A stretch of 64,000 nucleotides of DNA from Balanoglossus misakiensis (lineage: Eukaryota > Animalia > Hemichordata). The DNA is taken from the NCBI GenBank assembly GCA_040954595.2, contig CM082587.2, forward strand, positions 2,920,175 through 2,984,174, written 5' to 3'. A program made the translations under genes and the position numbers. Under the pieces are notes generated by a model that did not search any database, was not told the origin of the DNA, and worked only from the letters and a program-made list of their open reading frames with translations. Shown piece after piece: positions 38,894 through 49,246 of this stretch (positions within the stretch are counted from its first letter, which is position 1; every line of letters begins with the position of its first letter).

Positions 38894-38969
38894 CGTGATA
38901 GAAATGTAGATGTTCGAAAGTGTACTGTACGGTTCATTGGAGATAATTTGAAATATGTCAATTGTTCCA

Positions 38970-41900
38970 CTAAAATGCTTCGATTTCGCAATACGCCAGC
39001 TTGTGAACGACAGTTCCGACCAACATTTTGTTGTCATAGTAACTGGCAGCACTAGCTCCTTTGACCAGCGACCCGTCATCCATCAGAACTTCTTTGATAT
39101 CGACATCTTCGTAAGGAGAATTCTCGCCACCAAAACGTAACCGCAAAACCTTCGAAGGAAAAGAACAGTGTTAGCTTATTGAAATTTTGAATTTGGAGAG
39201 TAGGGTTGCATAAACGTGTTAATTTTAGGTCCTTAGACCTACTCATGATTGTGAATATAATGTACGATTACGTACCCTAGACGGTGTATTTGATAGCACT
39301 TACTTGCGAACCAGCAGGATTGTCGTAGTTCTTTTCGTGTTCCATCAAAAGATGAAAGATCGGGTGGCAACCAATCCACAAATCGCCCGTCTCTCTGTCA
39401 ACTTCGATATTGTCTATTGTAGTGTGTAAGCTGATCCGCTGAAACGTCAACCAGATTAACCTCCATAACATAACCAGATTTTATGTCATGTTGCACTAAT
39501 GTTATATGTATTATGTTAAATCTGATAAACACAAAAATGGAACATGCGGCTATTTGTCTTGCACTGCCAAACTAAATTTAATTTGCACTGTCTTTGGCTT
39601 GAGTTATGGCACGTGACGTGGTGAATTGCTTCTCCCTCGTCCAAATCTTCCGTTCAGGTTGTCATTCTGTGGCATCACAGCTGTAACTACACGTCACACG
39701 GGAGAGCTTACCTTTATCTCCCCAATGCTGTTGTTCTTCTTCCGTTCAAATATCACCACTTCGCCAGGTATCAGGGTGGCAACGTACAGATATCTTTAAA
39801 ACCAATGATTTCAGTAAAGTTAGAATAGCTCAGGATTCTGGAAACACGTTTGCATACAAGCCTTTATTGTAGCAACACAACCAAGAATACTTCATTATTA
39901 CTCTTGGTCGTAAATGTATTCATTTGTTACACTGTTGGCCAACGTCACAGCAAATGGAGCGAGCGTTCATACGTGAATAGCTGATAACTTACTTCCCATC
40001 TGGTGAGATGTTGATCCCGTTCGGAAATCGGTAGCCCGATGATATTATGCTGTCTTTGCCATCACTGTACAGGCCAATGTTTCCCCATGACAACCCCAAG
40101 TAGATTTCCATTTTGATTGCCAACGGCCACGGTGTCGTGAAATATAGATCATTGGTGTAGTAGAAGGTTTCCGGACCGACCGCCACCAAATCGTTGACAC
40201 TATGGAGGTAGAAGTATTTCTGAATGACAATCTATCTCAGGGTGGGCTTGGAATAAGATTTTATGCCAACAGCAACAGCAACAGAAATAACAGGAATGAT
40301 GATTACCTGTAAATGTTTTCTCCACTGATCGTTTTTAGATGCTTCAGTGATCGTTTTTGCTCGTCGAAGCGGAATATCTCGATTCTGTCTTGATCACTTA
40401 TGTGATGATTTACAACAAACAGTCTCGTTTCTCCTGATACAAGAAATGCAGAAATGTCACTTGCCGTAATGTAATGAAATTAATGCGAACAGTATTCGCA
40501 GCATAATTCTGCGTGCAGTAAATTTGTCACAAACGAGCATGCATGTTAAAGTCAAAGCCTACCCGACGTCGAATCCTCGTACAGACTTATGCCATGTGGA
40601 TAAAAATTGTCTTTATCGAAACCCTCCGAGAAGGGCAACTCTACTGCGTTGTTCTCGGGATGGTTGAAATCGAACAAGAAGATTCTTCCCTTGAGTAACG
40701 GTGGCTGTATCGTCGGGTCGCTCTGATTTCCCTTGCCTCGAATTCCCTGAGAGATTTCAACAGTGATAGAATGTCGGTTTTAGAAAGTGCCCTTTAGCCA
40801 AGTTAGGGTGGATGAAGCCCGAGAGGGAGACAGGGAGAGACATAGAGAGGGAGATGAGAGAGAGAGAGATAGGGCGTGAGAGACGTGAACACTGATTCAT
40901 TGACTACGAGAAATATTAAACTCACGGAAGATATAAACGCCAATCCATTACTTGATACCGTGACATCTTCGGATCCCGGTCCTGCAGTTGAAAACGTTAC
41001 AATCATGATTAAAACTCTGTGTAGAATACAGAGGTCGACACTGGAAGGTGCCCTTATCTTGTTTCATTTCCACTGGTGTCGTAACTTCAACTTGTGGACC
41101 ACTGACCCTTACTGATCAGTGTGGCCGTGACAGTGAAAATGACGTAACGAACAATGTAATGCTGATGCAATATCACGATCTGCTAATGACGCCCAGAGAT
41201 AGATTGTTATTGCACCCGAACTGTAAATTGTATCCCCAAAGTTAATGTCGGTAGTTTTTGTGTTGTACTTTACCAACTCCAGGTACAACTCTGCAGGGTC
41301 CAGGATGATGATTGTAGATCGTCTTAAAATACCCAAAGAGATAACTGAAAGGGAAAAGTACCATTTTCTAAATTCTGAGCCATGAACATGTTCGATCTTC
41401 CGTCCCAAAAGTGGACATTTTGCACACGGTTTTTGTCACGGTCAAACCTCCAAGGTCAAAGAACCCTATAGCAGCAATGGTTGTGGTGTGAATGTAAATA
41501 ATAAATGGGTGAGCATGTTTGACCGACAAAACAATGCGAGCCTTTCATAGTCAAAAGACAATACGGTCATCCCTGGCAATGTACATAATATACATTGTAC
41601 GTACAGACCGTTATATAACGAGAATGCATCCACCAAAGCTGCTTCGTATCACACAAGCGCATATAGAGCATCAAATTGCGATGGATGCTGGATGACCTTC
41701 GATCACTATAGCTTACTGAGGTCTTCCGTGTTTGTATTTAGTCGTGCACCCTAATTCACACCGACAATTTTGAAATCTGAAATATATGGTCATTATGTAT
41801 TTGACAAGAAAGAACCCACGCCCACAAATCCCCCCCCCCCCTATACGTCAATTCATGGAATGTCGCACAGCATACAGTGCAGTTCTAAGCTCTCCCGCTC

Positions 41901-42020
41901 GCCCATACTGGATCCTCTTGTTTCGCATCAAATCGCGACAAGGCATACTTACAGCGTTTGACCGATATGGTGTGCACATAGGCCTACGATAATGAACAGG
42001 ATCGACCGCCACAGGAACAT
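38970..42020 (-). CDS. Paraoxonase/arylesterase/lactonase (PON family) paralog C, 9 exons
   Basis: Exon 1 (42020-41953) reads MFLWRSILFIIVGLCAHHIGQTL. Then HPGPC, GSED, FYPHGIS, VVNHH, SVNDLVAVGP..YTND..PNGINISPDGK, YLYVA, IDNIEVD..GDLWIGCHP; last exon 39149-38970 ends ..VGTVVHKLAYCEIEAF*. Confidence 0.9.
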
Positions 42021-42250
42021 TTCAACTGCATATCAGTACCACTTCGAGCGGTCGTCGTCCTTTGCAATTTGTATTTGTTTACTGCAGAGAGCGCCCTCGT
42101 ATCGTCACAGGTGCGAGAGACCAAGGTAAAAACGCCGCTTATGTCTACAGCTGATTTTAATCAGACTGGTTAAAAAGCAGAAGATTGTAAAAAGAGAATG
42201 TACATTTTATTATAACAACCAAGACGTTTTTAAAGACACACAATTTCATT

Positions 42251-44893
42251 CTAAAACGCTTTAATTTCGCAGTATGCCATTTTATCAATCACTGTTCCAA
42301 TTAAGAGCTTGTTGCCATAGATACAGGCCGAACTGGATCCTTTGATAAGATGTCCGTCATCCATGAACACCTGTCTGACGTCAATGTTCTCGTAGGGCGC
42401 CACCTCCGATCCTAGCTTGACTCTCAAAACCTATAGGGGAAAATGCAGAAGTAAGCAATATATATCGGACTCCGTTCGATCTGTATAATATGCAGAATTC
42501 ATTCATGTGTTGGAAGGATAGTGTACTCACCTGTGAACCTGTCAGTCTGGAAATATTCTGTGTATACTCAACCCACTGCAAGAGTTTCGGGTGGCACCCG
42601 AGCCACAGATCACCTGTTTGTTTGTCAACCCCGATGTTATCTACTCCAGTGTACAAGGGGATTGTCTTAAAATGGGACAAAACAAAATAATGATGACCAT
42701 TTGTATTGAACAAACAACAAACGAAACAAAATGGGAAATTTTCAGAAATTCATGAATTGAAACGGGATGAAAAGGTCTGTAAATTTTTAGGTTGTACTGT
42801 AAAATCCGTTCGCGAAATATTTTGCCATACCTGTAATTCTTCAAGTGTGTTGTCTTGCTTTATTTCCAAAACGGCAATGGTTCCTGCAGATGGTTGAGCA
42901 AGGTACAGGAACCTGCAAGTGTACACACACATTATCATTCGGTGATCAAAACGTTTTACAATTATTGTACGATTCAGCGTCATAGGTTACGACAGTCGGT
43001 GTATAGTAATGTTACTTACCTTTGGTCGGGCGACACATTCAGTCCGTTGGCAAAGCTAAAACCAGACGCGACAATCCTGTCGCGTCCGTCGCCATAGAAA
43101 CCGATGCTGCCCCAAGCCACCATGGAAAATCCCTCGATTTCTCGCAGCCATGGTTTCACAAAATAGTAATCGTTACTGAAATAAAAGGACTCCGGTCCAA
43201 TGGCTACGACGCTATTAAGACTGAAAGAATCAAAGGAAACGTTGATTATTTCAAAGTTTGATTACAATTAAAAGTTTACCAAAAGAAAAACGAGTGCGTT
43301 CCGAAACTTTCAATCAGCAGAAAATCGAGAGCGATAAAAATATATAATCATAAACTGGACCTTTCCTTACCTGTAGAGATTCTTCCCAGCTACTGTTTTT
43401 AAGTGATGCAATAACCTCGCCTTCTCGTCAAAGCGGAATATTTCCACCCTGTCTTCATCGGTGGTCAAGTGGTGGTTCACGGCGAATAAACGCGTCTCTC
43501 CTGCGGAGATGTAAAACTGACGTAGTAATTAAAGTATCCCTTGAAAATCCGTCTCCGTGACGAAACAACGCCCCCTGCAAAGACAGTGTAAAAACGAAAG
43601 AAATGTATACGTACCTGATTTAGGGTCTTCGTGAAGACTCAGACCCACGGGGTAGAAATCTTCTCTATCGAAGTCTCCCTTCAACGGAACTTCACTAGCG
43701 TCCCTCTCGGGATGATTGAAATCGAACAGCGAAATTTTCCCCTTAAGGTAAGGTGGCATCACCCGGGGGTCTTTGAGGTAATTTTTCCCACGAACGCCCT
43801 GCAACAGCAAACTTGAATATCATGATAGGTTCCACGGAAATTCTGTGACAGAAAACAAGAAAGCTGTGTCCCAGTTTTAAAAACAAAACAAAACAAAACA
43901 CAATGTCTGAATAAGGCTAGAGCTAAGATAACCAAAATTATGCCAATGAAGACTTTTTCCCTGTAAGACTATAATGTTTGTCCAAAATACGTTCGGGGGT
44001 CTGTACCGATGAAATAAACGCCAGTCCATTCTTTGTAACCTTGATGTCTTCTGATCCCATATCTGAAACATAGCGAAAATTGAGGTTAGATGTACTGGGG
44101 CTGAGGTAATTCATTGTTCCCACGGATTTGAGAAAATATTCACATTGGTCATTGACTATAGTATTTGGAGGAAAATAATAACTGCCCCGAGACTTACCGA
44201 TTCCCGACACGAGTCTGCATGGTCCTGGGCGATGGTTATAGATAGTTTTGAACACTCCCATCCGAAAGCTACAAAATTAAAATCGGTCAAAGTTGAATGG
44301 ATGGAAAGGTCGTTTGATACCAGCAACCCGTCAACATAATGGATGTAAACGCTGTCCTTAATTGACTCCAGAAGAATAACGAACAGAACACGTGACGTGG
44401 TGTATTTTAAAGCTTCTCTCCGCTGAAATAAACATAGACAATCTGCTGTCTATCATGGTAATAACCAACCACAGACCTCATGAACCAAACGCAGACGCCC
44501 TAGATTCCACAAAAGTCATCGGGTCGGTCAGGTATAGACGTTGTTGTGTAAAGGTAATTATTGTCCACTCGCGCCAGACAAAAGTTAATAACTCCCGTAC
44601 TTCTGTGCCAGGTCAGACATTGGCATACCCCGCCGTATACACCTTGGGGATTCAACCGTACCCTGCACTGAGAAATTTCCTATAGCTTATGTATAGTACG
44701 TGTATTTCAAACGTACAATCGTGGCTTGCCTGAAACATGAACACACGCACACACTCAGAATTGGTCCTTTGGGTGAGGAACCTCGCTAAACTACCACGTA
44801 TACCCGTCGTCATGACTACACTTACATTAGAGTGCCAAAATGGTTCACCACCACCGCGGCGACGACGACGACGACAACCACACGACCAATCAT
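42251..44893 (-). CDS. PON family paralog B, 9 exons, with active-site substitutions
   Basis: Exon 1 (44893-44826) reads MIGRVVVVVVVAAVVVNHFGTL. Then RPGPC, GSED, FYPVGLS, AVNHH, SLNSVVAIGP..ANGLNVSPDQ, FLYLA, VDNIGVD..LWLGCHP; last exon ends ..IGTVIDKMAYCEIKAF* (42251). Confidence 0.9.
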
Positions 44894-45248
44894 AATCAGA
44901 TCACCAAGACGAACTCACCAAGGTCATTCGGCGCAGATTTTATGGGTTCGAGACCACAGACTCCCTAGGGTAACCATAATTCACTTGTACCCTACCTATA
45001 TGTTTTGTCTCTGATGTTAAAACCAGGTCACAACGAACCGCCAGTTAACACGCAGATTCTCCATTAAATTTCATACGTTGCCTTTATTTTTATCAAGAAC
45101 ACAGTGACTTCAAAATTATCACCCATTAAAATAAGCATGATGTCTTTTTACCAATAGTACTGAATAATACTTGCACGACGGAATCACTCTCGCTGTGCAC
45201 AACGGGTGTTACAATTTCGACTCTATGTAAAAAAAGGTATTTTCACTT

Positions 45249-47810
45249 CTAAAATGCATTGATTTCGCAATATGCCATTTTGTGCAGTACTGTCCCGACC
45301 AGCAGTTTGTTGTCATAGTAACCGGCGGAGCTGGCTCCACTGACCAAGTTGCCGTCATCCATGAAGACTTCTTTGATGTCGATTTTCTCGTAGGGCGGCC
45401 TCTGGGAGTCAAAACGGATTCTAAGCACCTGCAGCAAAAGGCAAAGTAACGTTGAAGAATGGAAGTCGTTTTCACTGTAAAGCATGCAGTCACTACAAGC
45501 CTCCGTTGGCTTTTCTTAGGTTATTCACCCATCATATTTTACATGTTGCATTTCATATAGAACTGTCAGCAAGTTGCCTCAATGAGTACAGTAAGCTTAC
45601 CTGCGAAGCGGAGGGCTTTGATATATTCTTAGTATGTTCCAGCCACTGATAAGCTGCAAAGTGGCAGCCCGTCCATAGATCCCCTGTTTGTTTGTCAACT
45701 TCGATGTTATCTGCTCCGGTGTGCAACTCGATTACCTAAACGAGATCATGATGGAATACATTTCAAGGTCGATAAAACAAGATCACAAATGCAACGCGAC
45801 TTCTCGTTTCGCAGGTTCTTGTCTATACCAACACAATATAATACGATTCGATTCAATACAGTACAATACGATTCAGTACAATACAATAGAACACAATGCA
45901 ATGTAATGCAATACAGTACACACCTGTTTCTTTTCAAGTGAATTGTCTTTCTTGATTTCAAATACAACAAGTTTCCCAGCTGTAGCCTCATTAAGGTACA
46001 AGTATCTGCAGTATCATTGAAAGACGTAATGCAAAAATAAATAGCTATGTGGTAATGCTTGCGCTCGTGCTTGCGCAGTTAGCGAGAGTGTGTGGGGCCA
46101 AAATATTTGCCAACTGATGAAAGCGATGATATTGACGGGTGAAAATTACCAACAACCTGTCTCTACTTACTTCTGATCAGGAGATACGTTCAAGCCATTG
46201 GCAAAAGAGAATCCAGACGCCACGATTTTATCTTGTCCATCGCTATAGAAACCGACAGTTCCCCATGCAGACAAGGAGAAACCCTCCATCTCCCGGAGCA
46301 AGGAGTTCACGAAGAACATGTCGTTGCTGAAATAAAACTTCTCAGGCCCGAGTGCGACCACGTCATTGACACTTCGAGAGAGAAAGAGAGAAGGGGAGTG
46401 AGAGAGAGAAAGAAGGGAGGTTACAACAGTCATCATGCATAGTGATAATACCAGTTTGAATACTGTTCTGTATTGCAAAAAATACCTTACTTACCTGTAC
46501 ATTGTGTCTCCGGTTATTGTTTTCAAATGAATCAGCGATCTTGTTTTGTCGTCAAAACGAAATATTTCGATTCTATCTTCGTCCGTGGTCAGGTGGTGGT
46601 TCACGGCGAAAATTCTCCTCTCGCCTGTTCAAAGTTGTAAACGATAAATTATTCATTTACACAACTGTCCAAGAGAGTAATTAATCTAAACACCGAGAAA
46701 TCACAGATGAGTACAATTTTGACCAGTGAGCAATTTTCGATACCTTCTCTACTCCTTGAGGAAAACACGCCACACACCTGATTCGGGGTCCTCATAAAGA
46801 CTGATACCGTGTGGGTAGAAGTTCTCTCTGTCGAAATCTCCTTTCAACGGCACCTCCACTGCGTTATTCTCGGGGCGGTTGAAGTCGAACAACGAGATCT
46901 TGCCTTTCAGAAAGGGAGGCACAAGCCTCGGATCACTGTGGTAATTTTTCCCGCGCAAACCCTATCATGGAACAGTAAGTGCACGAGTAATAATCATAAA
47001 CGGGAAACACAACCTTCCAAAAATTATATGAAATAAAACAATGTGAACAAATTATTATGTAATTATTACAATAATCACAAAGAGCAAAGAAGGAATCAAA
47101 TCCAAGAATCGTATGACAATAATTCAAAGCAAATCTGAAATACTCTGTTCATACCGATGAAATAAAGGCCAATCCATCGCTCGTCACACTTATATCTTCA
47201 GATCCAACGTCTGTAAATTAACGTGAACACGAGAGAAGGTCAGTGGGGGTGTGGCCATTGAGTCCATAAGCAAAGAGTCTTAAAATGGGGAGAATTTCAA
47301 ATATGTGCGTGACAATTACGGCCGGGGGTGGGGGGTTCGGCCTAGTTTTCGCCACTATGGTCAAAGTTCACTTGTTTAAGTCTATTATGCAGCATATATA
47401 TTCAGGTGATGGTGGATATTCAATGACATGACAAACACACGAGCTACACAAACCTATTCCTGGTACTATTCTGCATGGACCTGGTCTATGGTTGTAGACG
47501 GTCTTGAATATTCCGAGTCGAACGCTACAGGTGAAACAACATGCTTTAATGACCCCCTGCCAGTAACAAAAACAAGTAATTGTGGTATTATGACGGTTCT
47601 TTTCCAGACCAGTTTTCAGTGGATAGTAACTTATTCATGACACATTAACACATTCGTAACCGCATTCCCAGATCGCCAAGGCCTGTCCGCCAGGCCACGC
47701 ACCATACGCAAATACAAATTTATAGAAATACAAAGACGTACTTACGCTAATCTAGCGAAGTGTGTTATCAGCACAGCTAAAAGGACGAAGAAAAGCAGGC
47801 GACGCAGCAT
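45249..47810 (-). CDS. PON family paralog A, 9 exons
   Basis: Exon 1 (47810-47746) reads MLRRLLFFVLLAVLITHFARL. Then RPGPC, GSED, FYPHGIS, AVNHH, SVNDVVALGP..ANGLNVSPDQK, YLYLN, ADNIEVD..LWTGCH; last exon ends ..VGTVLHKMAYCEINAF*. Confidence 0.9.
45835..45920. repeat. Degenerate pentanucleotide (AATAC-like) simple repeat in a PON-A intron
   Basis: Units such as aatac, gattc, agtac and aatgc repeat at a 5-bp period. Confidence 0.7.
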
Positions 47811-48037
47811 TTTGTTTGGAACCGATTGGTATTACATGTAAGCGTCACGATAGTTCCCCTTCGAGTCCTAACACGACACACAGGGGCCTACTGTGCATTA
47901 TGGCTACCACAGTGTGACGGTAGTGATTGTCTGGCAGACCAAAGGTCAATCAGTGTCGATGAAAGACCGACAACTGTGACACGTTTGAGGTCATCGAAGA
48001 TGTAACCATGGGACAGATACAAGACACTGGTGAGTAT

Positions 48038-48110
48038 TATTCATTCATTCGTTCGTTCGTTCAAGACATTTATTCTTTCTTTCTTTCTTTCTTTCGTTCG
48101 TTCGTTCATA
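48038..48110. repeat. Compound (TTCA)/(TTCG)/(TTTC) microsatellite
   Basis: Visible tetramer runs. Confidence 0.8.
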
Positions 48111-48329
48111 CGATAGTCTTCTTGCGATGTTCTTGCTTGTTCTATATGCTTTCTTTACTGGGCGGCCTTGGAGTCTAAGGCTACAGGAGAAATAACATGT
48201 TGTAGTATGGAGGTGGTGGTGGTGGTGATATATCTGAATTTATTTTCAGTTCATCCATCAAACACTGAATGAAATACTGCTAGTATACTATCAGCTTTGT
48301 CTGCAGGCACAACAATGGCAGTCTGTGCT

Positions 48330-48760
48330 ATTTACAACTTGGAACAAGCACGTATCTATAAATTGTATAGAAGCCCCTCCTCCCAAAAGCAAAGGCAGCC
48401 ATGCACGGCCGGCCTTGAGTCGTAGAAATTGCATTTACAGGTCAAGATGGAGCAAACCGAACTATGTTACAATGTCGTCTGCTGTTGGTGAAATTTAGCT
48501 ACTTCTCCTCATCCTGCATCAAAACGTCAAGGTCCACCAGTGTGTGTTAGCCATGCCGCTCGCTCATACTCTTGGGCTCAGAACGGGGATTTTAAAACTA
48601 GTCCAGTAGAATTTTCTTATATCAATAGAGCCACCTGTCAAGACATAGACCCTGGAGCTACGTAATGATTCCCGGAGCTGGTTCATAATACGCGGATCTA
48701 TGATTTAGCACGTCTTAGCAACTTTCTGGACATGTCCCTATCAAGGTGGTATTCACATGA
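48330..48760 (+). mobile_element. Decayed non-LTR retrotransposon (LINE ORF2 post-RT region) fragment
   Basis: Frameshifted peptides QGPP..HAA..LLG, NDSRSWF and YDL..FLD..SRW occur in the order I recall for invertebrate LINE ORF2 C-termini (QGLP..AA..LLG..DSxSWF..YDLP..W). No intact ORF. Confidence 0.45.
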
Positions 48761-49246
48761 CATTGGCGCGAGTATATCTACTACAGCTCCCCGCCCATAC
48801 AAATATCCATATACTTACACCATTCTCCCGTAGTGTGTTATTCCTATCGCTAAAACGATGAGCACAACTAGATAACGCAGCATATTGCTTAGTTTTCAAT
48901 AGTACAATCCTCCACTACCAGACGCCTAAGGTACTTTACAGAAAGGAATGTATAGTGTTCTGTTCAAGGCGTGGTGGGTATATTGCTGGCTGAATGACGA
49001 CAGGCCAAATCACAAATGAGTGGCCAAAAAGATGAATTTAATGCTTCATTTTCAATAAAGAATATCTTGAAAGACTTCGCATGTATATTTTTCAGTGAAC
49101 TGTTCAGGTGTGTGTATAAAGTTTTCAACCCATCTTGAAATGTGAAAAACACAATGTTATTGGTGGTATTTTTAACTTCAGGTAATTTTTCAAATAAATG
49201 CTATTTACACATTACTTGTTTGTGTCAGTTGTGTTTATTATTGTCG

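Noticed and set aside
38840-39079. 79-aa ORF ending in a PON-like C-terminus as an alternative PON-C frame
   Set aside because: Its upstream part is an off-frame reading of PON-C exon 9. Only the last 17 codons are PON-like, and they are treated as a relic.
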